This document shows positions 50,543 to 63,545 of a stretch of 64,000 nucleotides of DNA, in pieces; position 1 is the stretch's first letter; the number at the start of each line of letters is the position of its first letter. The translations under genes and the position numbers were made by a program. Source of the DNA: Octopus sinensis (Eukaryota); contig NC_043004.1 in NCBI RefSeq assembly GCF_006345805.1, positions 70,122,001 through 70,186,000 of the forward strand, given 5' to 3'. The notes beneath the pieces are model-generated. The model was not told the DNA's origin. It did not search any database and saw only the letters and a list, made by a program, of their open reading frames with translations.

Positions 50543-50926
50543 GCTTTAAATTTTGCCACAAGGACTGCAGTTTTGGGTGAGGGGATGAGTAGATTACATC
50601 GACCCCAGTGTTCAACCGGTACTTATTTTATCGACCCCCAAAAGGAAGACAGGTAACGTTGACCTCGGCGAAATTTGAACTCAGAACGTAAAGACGGAAG
50701 AAGCGTCGCTAAAAATTTTGTCCGGCGTGCTAACAATTCTATCAGCTTTCCGCCTTAAAAAAAGAAATCTACTACTGCTGCTGCTGCTACTACTACTACT
50801 ACTATTACAACTACTACTACTACTACTATAATAATAATAATGTCTCCATATATATATGGCTTCGAATCTCCCATCCGTGTTTTTTTGTATCGCCTTTTAA
50901 ATGTTTTGCGTTCTTGTCCCAGTTTG

Positions 50927-50964
<38 letters not shown>

Positions 50965-51864
50965 TATTATATATATATATATATATTATATATATTATAA
51001 TATATATATACATATAAGTGCTCCAGCATGGCCGCAGTCAAAAATGACTGAAACAAGTAAGAGAATAAAAGAATATATATATACATATATATATATATGG
51101 AGAGAGAGAGGGAGAGAGAGGTGGGGTTGTTATGTTTGTAAATAAATGTTTTCGGCAGGCAGATAGGATTAGTAGACAAAGGAATTGTCAAGACTAGTAA
51201 GAAATGAAGCGAGAATGTTCCGCTGGATATCTAATATTAGGGTACAAGAACGATGGGACACGAGCTTAGAGTAAAACTGAGCATAAGGGGAGCCAGACAT
51301 GTAACGCATGTGAAGAAGACAACTGTATTACCTCCCTTACATCCTAAGAGTTTCACTGCATTACGTCCCTTGAAAGCATTCATCTCGCTGCTTCACACCT
51401 CTTCAGAAATTTTGTCCTTGTACTCATTCTGAAGGGCCACCCTTTATGACAATTAATCCCTGTCTTTCCTTGCAGTTTCCCTATACCGAATATTACCTGT
51501 AGAACATGTGAGTCGACAAGAATTATTTTAATTCGACTCTGGATGACGAAAAGTTACTCGAAAAGAATATTAAATACCATAAAAATACCATAAATAATAG
51601 TGAAAATAATTTTTAAAATCATATTTTAAGTTGTATATTAACTTATAATGCACGGCTTATACTCACTGATACTTCATATAGAATTGCACGTACGTGTGGT
51701 ATGCATGGATCAATAAAATTTATAATTACATTATAATGATATTATAATTTATGTCATGGTATCATGTGTTAGATAAATTAATTCATTTTATTTCCTTCTT
51801 GGCATCGTCAAATGTTTTAAAGGAGGTAAAATTCACTCAAATTTCAAAGACGATGGTATTCCTA

Positions 51865-52549
51865 CACATGTGTCCCCCGCTCCGAATTTGTTTCCTCATA
51901 GTTTCCAGAAAAATAGATATTCCTTCATGAAATTATCTACAAATACGCTTCAGATGTTGCAATTTACGACTATTTCGGAATTTCTATTGAGAAAAACCAA
52001 TTCTGTGGACGGGAAGGAGTTTCGGAAAATTCACACAAGTTGGTTTTGTTTCCTCATAACTTTCAGAAAAATGGGTATTTTTTAATGGAATCTTTTAATA
52101 AATACCTTTCAGAGTGTGTAAACTACGATGATATCGGAATTTGATGTGAAAAGAAAAGAAGTGAGGACGCACACACACTGACACATAACACGATTTTTTT
52201 TCGAAACTTAGTTTCATTATGTGACCTTTATCAGTATGTATACGTACGAGTCAACCAAATTTGTTTTTTCGTATTAAATTCCGATATAATCGCAAATCTG
52301 CTCACTCTGAAGAGTATTTATAGAAAATTTCATAAAATATTACTCATTTTTCTGAAAGTTATGAGGAAGCAAAACCGTGTGATTTTTCCGAAACTCCCCA
52401 CCCAACTCTCTAGAAAATTTCTTCACCTCATATGCCCTAAAATAATCAGATTCTACAACATTTTAAGTGTATTTATATACAATTTCATTTGCAAAGTGTT
52501 CAATATCCTGGAAGTTATGAGGAAACAAAATCGAGGGGGGGCACCCATG
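51865..52549. mobile_element. Tc1/mariner-type MITE with imperfect TIRs and internal inverted subterminal repeats
   Basis: TA-flanked ends ..TTTGTTTCCTCATAGTTTCCAG / CTGGAAGTTATGAGGAAACAAA... The motif repeats internally at ~52045 and ~52350. Confidence 0.7.
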
Positions 52550-52828
52550 TATAGGAATGCCAAAACAGTAAACAAAAGCTGTAGAGGAAGAACAGAGCTG
52601 AAATATACCATTAAAAAACTACAATCAAAATATTTTCTGTTTTAATTCAAATTATATTGGAAAGGATTAAGATAAATGGAAAAAATATGATGAACGAATT
52701 AAACTTACAATCTAATAAATCAATGAAACAACATTAAATCAATCATTTTTGTATTTTTAAGCTTCCTTTTGATATGTCCACTTTCCGACTTTCACCATAA
52801 CTTTTCTTCCAGCATTCTAGAGATTTAC

Positions 52829-52905
<77 letters not shown>

Positions 52906-53068
52906 GTTTTCAAGTCTTTTATTATTCACAAACTAAAGCCCCCAACTGTGTATGTATCTTACCCCAAAGTAAACTACTGGAATAATGTAAATGCCATATT
53001 TGATGGCACACACACACACAGACACACACCACCACACACACACACATATATATGTATATATATATATA

Positions 53069-53574
53069 CTAGCAGTATCGCCCGGCGTTGCTCGGGTTTG
53101 TAAGGGAAATAACTATATAAGCATTTTTAGAGAGTTACTTCCCTTATAAATTCGGGCTTTCTTAGCCATTTTTGTTTTGGTGTCTTCAAGCCATGAAGTC
53201 GTTGTTCTAAAAGAACGCTGGTCTCCTTGACAACGCTTTACGACGTTGATTTCTTTACACTCCCTTCCCCACAGCTTCACGAGGGAGGGAAGGGGGAGAA
53301 GCAAACAGGTGCAGCTGTGAGCGTGGACGCCAACTCCGCCGCCATCGACACACGATGCATTTTATGCATTAAAATGGAATAAAAAATGATGTTAAATTAT
53401 TTTTAAAATCATAGACTCATCGTTGACGCGCGCTAATAGTCAGACGGGCTCGATATGAATCACGACTATAAGATACCCGAATTTGGTTAAACTGCACCGC
53501 AAAATGTGGGAGTAGTTAGGAATCTAAATCGAAGGGGACAGACACTCACACAACTAGAGTTTTATATATATAGA
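53069..53574 (-). mobile_element. Non-autonomous Helitron
   Basis: Minus strand A|TCTATATATATAAA ... CCCGAGCAACGCCGGG hairpin, CGATACTGCTAG|T. Inserted in an AT dinucleotide without a TSD. Confidence 0.85.
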
Positions 53575-53634
53575 TATATTCTTTAGTGTTTTACATTTTT
53601 ACTAGTTTCTGTCATTTGCCTGCGGCAAACATAT

Positions 53635-53703
<69 letters not shown>

Positions 53704-54010
53704 GCTTCTGTCTAGCAAATCCACTCACAAAGCTTTGGTCAGTGTCCAAGTTGATAGTAGAAGACATTTACCCAAGGTGCCACACAGTGGGACTGAACTC
53801 GGAACCATGTGGTTGGGAAGCAAGCTTCTTACCACACAACCATGCCTGCACCTACATATATACAGGGAATGGAGTAGATAAAATCTATGCTACATATGTT
53901 TCATAGCTAGTGGAACCTCACAAGTAGTAATTATCCAAATGAGGAGTAGATTGCAAGATACTCTTCAGACCAAGGTTACCTTGGTTACATGAAGTTTACA
54001 TTACTATTAC

Positions 54011-54080
<70 letters not shown>

Positions 54081-54081
<1 letters not shown>

Positions 54082-54511
54082 TTATTTAAAGCAGCAGAAA
54101 ATTCAACAAAATCTGTTACTCTGTATATATATATATATTATATATATATATATTTGTTATATTTCGGAATGGTCATTTTGCCAGTTTAGCCAATAAAAAC
54201 ACACGCACTATATATTTGGTGTTATTTTGCTTCATTGTTATTTATTTTTTACATTAATCTTTATCTTATTTCGGCCAGATTAAGATTCATGTAAAAAATA
54301 AATAACAATGAAGCAAAATGACACCCAATATATAGTGCGTGTGTTTTTATTGGCTAAACTGGCAATACGACCATTCCGAAATATAACAATATATATATAT
54401 ATATATATATTGTTATATTTCGGAATGGTCATATTGCCAGTTTAGCCAATAAAAACACACGCACTATATATTTGGCTAAACTGGCAATATGACCATTCCG
54501 AAATATAACAA
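54081..54511. repeat. Compound palindromic array plus a fragment of the 40.3-kb hammerhead repeat
   Basis: 54081-54123 matches ~40316-40358. Unit U (54154-54260) is followed by inverted U (54277-54389), (AT)n, partial U and partial inverted U. Confidence 0.9.
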
Positions 54512-54570
54512 TATCTGTTTCAACACACGACTTCACATAAAAAATCTTGCACAACAAATATTTAAACGTA

Positions 54571-54636
<66 letters not shown>

Positions 54637-54934
54637 TAGTGGTACGGTGGTCTTTGTATCTGTGTTTGTCACTCCTACCCACCATCACTTGACAACCAGT
54701 GTCAGTTTGTTTATGTCCCCTATAGCTAACTGTTAAAAGAGATCAATAAAATTCGTACCAGGCTTTAAAAAGACATAAGTCCTGGGTAGATTTGTTCAAG
54801 TAAAACCTTTCATGAATGGTTGCAGTCCACTGACTGGACCAAGTAAAATATAAAAAAGAAAAAAGATAAAATTGCTCATTTGTAAATAATATTCATGTTA
54901 GTGAACATTAATTGTTATATATATATATATCTTA

Positions 54935-55935
54935 TCTTTTATTTGTTCCAGTTATTAGACTGTGGCAATGCTGCAGCACTGCCTTGAGGAATTTTTTATT
55001 TGAATGCTTCAACTCTGTACTTGTTCTTTTTTAAAAGCTTGGTACTTATTCTATTGGTCTCTCTTGCTGAATTGCTAAGTTACAGGGACATAAACATACC
55101 AACACTGGTTGTCAAGCAGTAGTGGAGGACACATATACATTATATATATATATACATGATGGGCTTCTTTCAATTTCCATCTACCAAATCCACTCACAAG
55201 GCTTTGGTTGGCCTGAGGTTGTAATAGAAGACACTTGCCCAAGGTGCCACGCAGTGGGACTGAACCCGGAACCATGTGGTTGGTAAACAAGCTACTTACC
55301 ACACAGCCACTGCATTTATACGTTTATCTAAGAATATTTTTATTCAGTTCTATTCCAAACACTCTGTTTTTAATCCTTCAGGATATTCTTCCAAGTGTTA
55401 ACCATATTTTCATCTCCTCTCTGGCCCTAAGGCCTTATTCTGTTTATTCATCTTCTGTTATTCATGTGTCCACACTCCATCTTGGTCCTTTTCCTCTTTA
55501 TCCCTTCTCCATCTACTTTTCATCTCATCTTGAATATTATTTTGTTTGTATATCATATATTACTCTTTTTTTCTTTTACTTGTTTCAGTCATTTGACTGT
55601 GCCTAAGCTGGAGCACCACCTTTTAGTCGAGCAAATCGACCCCAGGACTTATTCTTTGTAAGCCTAGTACTTATTCTATCGGTCTCTTTTGCTGTACCGC
55701 TAAGTTACAGGGACGCAAACACACCAGATGTTGGGGGGACAAATGCAGATACACAAACATATACACACACACATATAAGACGAGCCTCTTTCAGTTTCCG
55801 TCTACCAAATCCACTCACAAGGCTTTGGTTGGTCCAAGGCTATTGTAGAAGACACTTGCCCAAGGTGCCTCGCAGTGGAACTGAACCCAGAGCCATGTGG
55901 TTGGTAAGCAAGCTACTTACCACACAGCCACTCCT
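54935..55935 (-). mobile_element. Two SINE family A copies (54935-55313, 55561-55935)
   Basis: Family A sequence in reverse orientation. Confidence 0.85.
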
Positions 55936-56340
55936 TTCTTTGAGAAAAAACTTTACTTCAAGATACTTTTTACAGATCAGTTTTTACAAAGTGTTTGCTA
56001 AACCTAAGAAAAATAAGTAGGGGTGAAAATTTTGATTTTGCACCCCACAAACATTTTAGGAGGTGAGCTTGCACCCCTACACCCTCTGTTCTTGGATCCA
56101 TGTAGAATTTACTTACCTTCAACTACATTAAGTTAGGTGAAGTATTCACTGAAATAGAGTTGCAGCCATTTTAGCAGGCAAGTTATTTTGCCTGATGGGG
56201 TTATAGGAGTAAAGCTCTTACACATATAAGGGGCATGTCTTCTCAATAGTCATTTCTTCACTCTAACCAATCTGGCTGCCACCCAATGATTGGTTAGCAC
56301 ATCTTATTTAAATTATCTTCTATATATACCAATGATGAGG

Positions 56341-57048
56341 CCCGGGATGAGGTGGTGAAGCATGACCTTCGAACATTGGGCCTCACCAAGGCAATGACTA
56401 GAGACCGGGACCTTTGGAAATATGCTGTGCTTGAGAAGACTCGGCAAGCCAAGTGAGACCATAACCTTGTGGCCTTTGCTAGGGGTGTAACCAGCCCACT
56501 TATGCGTACCTTTTCCTTCTTTGGACACTAAAACTCTGCTTGTGAAGACCTGTTGAGGCAAGTGAAATCGAAATCGAAATCAAATTCGATGACTGGTATC
56601 TGTGCTAGTGGAGCACTAAGAGTGCCATACAAGCGTGATCGTTGCCAGAGCAACAAACTGGCTTCCATGCTGGTGGCACATAAAAAGCACCATTTGAGCA
56701 TGATCGCTACCTGTGTCACCTTACTGGTGGCATGCGCTGGTGGCACGTGAAAAAACATTTGTGCTCCTGTACAGGTGGCACAAAAAACTTTGGCTCCTGT
56801 GCAGGTGGCACACAAAAACCACCATTTGAGCATGGCCATTGCCAGTGTCGCCTGACTGGCCCTCATGCCGGTGGCACGTAAAAGCACCCACTACACTCTC
56901 GGAGTGGTTGGCGTTAGGAAAGGCATCCAGCTGTAGAAACTCTGCCAAATCAGATTGGAGCCTGGTGCAGCCATCTGGTTCGCCAGACCTCAGTCAAATT
57001 ATCCAACCCATGCTAGCATGGAAAGAAGATGTTAAATGATGATGATGA
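56341..57048 (+). mobile_element. 5'-truncated RTE LINE: ORF C-terminus, repeat-containing 3' UTR and (TGA)n tail
   Basis: DEVVKHDLRTLGLTKAMTRDRDLWKYAVLEKTRQAK* (stop at 56454-56456), followed by diverged GGTGGCACGTAAAAAGCACC units. Confidence 0.85.
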
Positions 57049-57243
57049 GATTTACATTTTAGCCTTTACAAATTAACAAAAGAAACTTGGTTTTTAGTTC
57101 ATAAGGTTTGAATGAGACTTAACTAAAATTAGATGAATATATATGACAGGAAATAAAGAGATGTGGGATAAATGAATTCAAAAACTCACTCTTAGAGGTG
57201 ATACGACATTGCTAACTATAAATAATATTCCTTAATGAATATA

Positions 57244-57460
57244 CGACGGGGTGCTGAAAAGTTCCTGTCTTTGGGTGAAAGAAAATACAGGAGAATCAGT
57301 TAATTATGATTTTATTCAACATATTTCCCTCTCAGATTCACATGTTTATTGCAGCGGCCCTGAAGTTTTTATAAGACCTGTGAAAGAATTCGGAAGTTTG
57401 GGCCTCCAACCAGGTCCTTTGTGATACCCTTAAATCCAGGAACTTTTCAGCACTCCCACA
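57244..57460. mobile_element. Mariner-type MITE
   Basis: TA|CGACGGGGTGCTGAAAAGTTCCTG ... CAGGAACTTTTCAGCACTCCCACA|TA. Confidence 0.8.
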
Positions 57461-57939
57461 TATATCTATCTGTCTGTCTGTCTGTCTATCTATCTACCTA
57501 TACATACATACATACATACACAGTATTTTTCTGACACTGATGTGTTAGACAGATAGATGGATAGACAGATAGATCTGTATGTATTAACATTATTATTAAT
57601 ATTAATAGCTTAGGTAGTGCAGGAAAGTAAGCATTTGCCTCTCCTTTTCAAGATCTCTCAGATTAGGAGAAGAAGAAACAAACTTATCTTTAGAATAAAG
57701 ATCTAACTTGAATGCAAAGTGGACCCTGTTGAATGCCCTCACTCAAGAACAGCTGGTTAATCCCAGTGGCACTGGCACTGGTAGAATAACACCCTAATTG
57801 TCTTGTAGAAGAAAGTCAGCAACAACAACGCACATCAGATAATGTAGTCATGACAAGATGGTGATGTTTGGAATAAGTTTCATCTCCCAAACTTCAGTTA
57901 GCTGAACACTTCTTCTTTTTGAGACTGTAATAACCATTT

Positions 57940-58159
57940 CTGTTCTTATTTTATGTCTGTTGTCTGGAAATCTTTCATCACACACCTGTGACCTCTTCAA
58001 CGACTTTCCATCCCATGTATCCCCTCCTATTCTGTTTTGTCCATTTTGTCTTTCTATGAAAGAACAGAATAGGAAGAGACATGTGGGATGGAAAGTCACT
58101 GAAGAGGTCACAGGTGTGTGAAGAAAGATTTCCAGACAATGGACATAAAATAAAAACAG
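57940..58159. repeat. Diverged inverted repeat (~97-bp arms) with a hammerhead-like motif in each arm
   Basis: Plus strand CTGAAGA at 58099-58105, then G-GTCAC(loop)GTGAA-GAAAGATTTC. Minus arm TTGAAGA-G-GTCAC..GTGAT-GAAAGATTTC. Confidence 0.8.
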
Positions 58160-59344
58160 TAATAAATAAGTGATAACCATTTCGTTTTAATCCTATTTTG
58201 TGATTCTTATTTTAACCTCTGGTTTGTTTTAACATCTACTTTTCCATGGCCACATGGGTCAGATTCTATGGCTGGATGCTCTTTCTGTTGCCAACCATCA
58301 ATTGTTTCCAAGCAAGATAATATTTACCCTTGGCCAGACACATTTCCATAGGAGATTGGAAACAAATGACACTGCTTGCATGTTACTGATATCCATTTAC
58401 GATTATCTGATAAGGTGAAGAGACGCAACTACACACACACATATTTATTCATTCAGTTTTTACATCCATTTTACCATGCTTGTATGGGTTGGACAGAATT
58501 TATTAAAGCAAATTTTCTTTGGCCTGATATCCTACCTGCTGCCAATGCTTACTTATTTCCAAGCAGGTATTGATCCTCTATGGCCAGAAATATTCTTGCA
58601 GAATATTGGAAATGAATGACACCACTCGTATTCTTTTCGATCGTAGGCACAAGGCCTGAAATTTTTGAGGAAGTGGCCAGTCAATTAGATTGTACACAAC
58701 TGGTACTTAATTTATTGACCTCAAAATGATGAAAGGCAATGTCGACCTCAGCAGAATTTGAACTCAGAATGTAAAGGCAGGCGAAATACTGCTATGTTTT
58801 TCGCCTGGCATGCTAACATTTCTGCCAGTTCACCACCTTTGACACTGTTTGTATTATACTCATTTATCAGTGTTACATGATGCCAAGACCAAAGGACACA
58901 AACCCACATGCTCACATATATGTGACAGGCTTCTTTCAGTCTCTGTTGAGCAAATCTGCTCACAAGGCTTTGGTCAGCCTGGGGTTATCCTATAGCAGAA
59001 GACACATGTTATGTGGTAGGACTCAACCCAGAACCATGTTGTTGGAAAGAAAACTCCTTGCCATACAACCGCACAATAGGCTTCTTTCTGTCACTCTCTA
59101 CTAAATCCATTCACAAGACTTTGGCTGACCCAAAACTATAGTAAAAGACATTTGCCCAAGGTGCCACACTGCAGGACTGAAACCTAAACCACATAGTTTG
59201 GAAGCCAACATCTTAACCACTGTAATATGTTATTGATCAAGGGCATGGCTAAGAAATTAGTTCTGCAGTCATGGAGTCACAAGTTCAATCCCCCTGCTTG
59301 GCTCCAAAGGCAAGCAGCATGATTGAACAACTCAACCCAAGCCT

Positions 59345-59690
59345 TCATCATCATCATCATCGTTTAACGTCCGCTTTCCATGCTAGCATGGGTTGGATGA
59401 TTTGACTGAGGACTGGCGAACCAGATGGCTGCGCCTGGCTCCAATCTGATCTGGCAGAGTTTCTACAGCTGGATGCCCTTCCTAATGCCAACCACTCCGA
59501 GAGTGTAGTGAGTGCTTTTACATGCCACCGGAATGAGAGCCAGTCAGGCGGTACTGGCAACGGCCATGCTCAAATGGTGTTTTTTACATGCCACCTGCAC
59601 AGGAGCCAGTCCAGCAGCACTGGCAATGACCTCACTCGAATGTTTTTCACGTGTCACTGACACAAGTGCCAGTGAGGCAGTGCTGGTACC
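59345..59690 (-). mobile_element. RTE LINE 3' UTR fragment
   Basis: Homologous to 56600-57048. Confidence 0.75.
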
Positions 59691-60829
59691 AAGATATGTG
59701 CTTGATAGAAATTGTGTGGAAGCCTCTCTGACAGACTCCATCTGTTTGTTCTAGGATGGTTGGCTTCACCTTTCACCTGGTTAAAACACCACAACCTTGT
59801 CCTTGGCTGCCTTTTGCAGGCTCCATTCTGATGTAACCATTTAGAGTAAATCTTCACATAGGCACAAGCACGGCTGTGTTGTTTGAAATTTGCTTCCGAA
59901 CCACATGGTTCTAGGTTCAGTCCCACTGCATGGCACCTTGGGCAAGTGTTTTCTACTGCAGTCTTGGGCCTGTGAGTGGATTTGGTAGATGGAAGCTAAA
60001 AGAAGTCCATTGTATATATGTGTGTGTCTTCATGTCTATGTTTGTCCTCCACCACCACCACCACCACCACTTGGCAACCAGTTTGGCAAAAGAGACTGAC
60101 AAATTAATGCCAGTCTTTATATAAAAAATAAGTATTGGGATTGATTTATTTGACTAAGCATTCTTGAAGGTGGTGGCCCAGCATGGCTCCAGTCTAATAA
60201 CTGAAACAAGTAAAAGATGGAAGATATTCAAATAACCCATGACTTGCTTTTTTTTTCTCCTTCCACTTTAGACCAGCATCAATCTCAGAGATTCTAGTAT
60301 TCTTCTGCCTCTAATTAATCCAGAATCTGTTTCTAAATTAAACAGAAGGCCTGAAATTTTGGAGGCAGCGGAACAGTTAAATAAACTGACACAAGTACTT
60401 TACACCTATTTTATTTTATCTACGATGAATGGCCAAGTTGACTTCAGAAGGATTTTCACACAGAACATTAAAAGATGGAAGCAATACCCAAAGATATTAA
60501 TCTGATGTTCTAACAAATCTGCAATTCCATTGTTCTCCTTTACCATTTAGCATTCTTTATTGGAAATACCATCATATTTACATCCACTTTTCTATGCTTG
60601 CATGGCTCAGAGGGAATCTATTGAAGCAGATTTTCTACAGTCAGATGTTCTTCTTGTTGCTAACCTTCACATGTTTCCAAGCAAGGTAATGTTTCCCCAT
60701 GGCCAGAGATGTGTTCATAGAAGATTGGAAATGAACAACACAGCTTGTACGACAGTGACACTCATTTACAACCATCACGCAGTATCTTGATATCCTTGAC
60801 AAGGAGACACAAACATACACACACACACA

Positions 60830-61060
60830 TGAGCTGGTGAGCTGGCAGAAACATTAGCACGCCGAGCGAAATGCTTAGTGGTATTTCATCTGCTGTTACA
60901 TTCTGAGTTCCAATTCCGCCGAGGTTGACTTTGCCTTTCATCCTTTCCGGGTTGATAAATTAAGTACCAGTTACGTACTGGGGTCGATGTAATCAACTTA
61001 ACCCCTTTGTCTGTCTTTGTTTGTCCCCTCTATGTTTAGCCCATTGTAGGCAATAAAGAA
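60830..61060 (+). mobile_element. SINE family B, near full length
   Basis: GAGCTGGCAGAAACATTAGCACGCC...GAGTTCCAATTCC...TTGCCTTTCATCCTTTCCGGG. Confidence 0.85.
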
Positions 61061-61227
61061 ATAACAAACATACACACACACATACACAATAGGCTTCTTT
61101 CAGTTTCTGTCTATTAAATCCACTCACAAGGCTTTGGTCAGCCAGTGGCTATAGAAGACACTTGTTCAAGGTTCTATGCAATGGGTCTGAACTCAAAACC
61201 ATGCAGGAGGGGTACAAACGTGTGAGT

Positions 61228-61613
61228 TAAATAGCTTGCTTACCAACCACATGGTTCCGGGTTCAGTCCCACTGCGTGGCACCTTGGGCAAGTGTCTTCT
61301 ACTATAGCCTCGGGCAGACCAAAGCCTTGTGAGTGGATCTGGTAGACGGAAACTGAAAGAAGCCCGTCGTATATATATATATATGTATGTGTGTGTGTAT
61401 ATGTTTGTACATCTCTGTTTGTCCCCCCAACATCGCTTGACAACCAATGCTGGTGTGTTTACATCCCCGTAACTTAGTGGTTTGGCAAAAGAGACCAATA
61501 GAATAAGTACTAGGCTTCCAAAGAATAAGTCCTGGGGTCAATTTGCTCGACTAAAGGCGGTGCTCGAGCATGGCCGCAGTCAAATGACTGAAATAAGTAA
61601 AAGAGAAAAGAGT
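61228..61613 (+). mobile_element. SINE family A
   Basis: Family A sequence with GAGTA tail. Confidence 0.85.
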
Positions 61614-62316
61614 ATGACTTTGTCTTCAATGTAGTATAAGTGGTAAAATGACTGAGTTGCTTAGAGCATCAGATGAAATACTTTAGAATCTATTCCAGCT
61701 TCTTACATCATCACCATCATCATCATTAACATTTAAGATCTGCTTTCCATGCTGGCATAGATTGAGCGGTTTGACGGGGGCTGGCTAGGAAGAAGCCTGT
61801 AGCAGGATTCACTGTCTGTTTTGGCAGGGTTTTTACAACTGGATGTCATTCCTAACACCGACCATCTTACAAAGTGGTCTCCTTACAGAATGGACTGAAT
61901 TAAAAGCCTACAAGGTGCAATTCCGCCCTTCATCAATAAATGAGATATCAATTTAGTGTGGCTATAGGGACAGAGTTCCAAGAGTATCAAATGGGATGCC
62001 ATGCAGTATTCATTTCAGTTCATTCTCTGAGTTCAAATCCCACTGTAGCCTATTGGAAGGTTACCTGGTTTAACACAATCATCTGCTCCTTTGGTTTCTT
62101 TAGTGAAATCTACTGTTGCAAGCATTCTGGCCAGGTCTCTGGTTTGAAAATATTTTCCTCTGGCCCTCTTTCCCTCAAGTGTCAGAGACCCTTTATCTTC
62201 TCTCCTGACCAAGTGATAAAAAAGACAGAAAAAAAAAACTTCATAATTGGTGAAATACTCATTATTCAGACAGAGAGGAAGCTGAAAGATAAATTAGAGA
62301 TTTTTTAATATAAATA

Positions 62317-62735
62317 GGCATAGGAGTGGCTGTGTGGTAAGTAGCTTGCTTACCAACCACATGGTTCTGGGTTCAGTCCCACTGCGTGGTACCTTAGGCA
62401 AGTGTCTTCTGCTATAGCCTCGGGCCGACCAATGCCTTGTGAGTGGATTTGGTAGACGGAAACTGAAAGAAGCCTATCGTATATATGTATATATATACAT
62501 ATGTGTGTGTGTGTGTGTATGTTTGTGTGCCTGTATTTGTCCTCTGAACATTGCTTGACAACCGATGCTGGTGTGTTTATGTCCCCGTAACTTAGTGGTT
62601 TGGCAAAAGAGACCGATAGAATAAGTACTAGGCTTACAAAGAATAAGTCCTGGGATCGATTTGCTCGACTAAAGGTGGTGCTCCAGCATGGCCAGTCAAA
62701 TGACTGAAACAAGTAAAAGAGAGTAAAGAGTAAGA
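62317..62735 (+). mobile_element. SINE family A, full length
   Basis: Family A sequence with GAGTAA tail. Confidence 0.9.
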
Positions 62736-63545
62736 GTATTTGTCTTCAGTAAAGCCCTAATCCTCACTGTACAGGAACTGAATATAATTGAGTCCATTGC
62801 ATGTGCACTTGAGACACTGGAACCAACTTGTCTTTAACCCCTTCCCAGGTAACTTTTTTGGAGAAAATGTTTCATTTTCAGATGCCCTTTTTTTATCACA
62901 CAAGCTTGCATTCTCATCTGATGTATCCAAGATTCTAATAGAAAGATGATACTTATTGTCATCTTCTGAGTTTGATATCTGGGCATAATTTGTAAAATAA
63001 AAAAAAAAACCAGATAAAAACCAAGAATTGACATAAAAGCTCATCTGTGTCTGTTTTTGAAATTCTATGTTTTGGGCAAGTTTACGTGTTGCACTCTCAG
63101 AAAGACGAATTGGGTGAAGACAAGTTAACTCATCTTTGCTGTACTTGAAGCCTGTTTCTTACTGTAACATTAATTACACCATAATTAGCTCTGTACAAAA
63201 CCATATTTGTGCATTAACAAATTTTAATTATAATTTACAAAAAAAAAAGAGACAAAGCAAAATCCAAATTTCAATTTTCCAATTTTTTTGCTTTAGTTGT
63301 TGTTCTTTTCTGGCTTTTTTCTTTGTTTCTTTTTTGATGTTTTTTTGTATTTTTTAATATATACCTTATAACAGAAGAGGGGTCAACAGAAAGGAGTAAA
63401 ATGGGGCTATACAATCCAAAATAAGAACAAATACATTTGATAATGTCTGATATGTCTTTTCAGGGTTTTTTTTTAATTTTTTAAATATTTTTTTTTTATT
63501 TTCAAACAGAAAAAAAAACAACAAAATAAAAACATGTACTTTAGG

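Noticed and set aside
51370-51415. Minus-strand CTGAAGAGGTG...GAGA motif
   Set aside because: GAAA is altered and stems I/III cannot be paired. Too degenerate to call.
61940-62308. 122-aa ORF
   Set aside because: No motif, and it lies between SINEs near the probable 3' UTR side of the PEAK-like gene. Likely chance.
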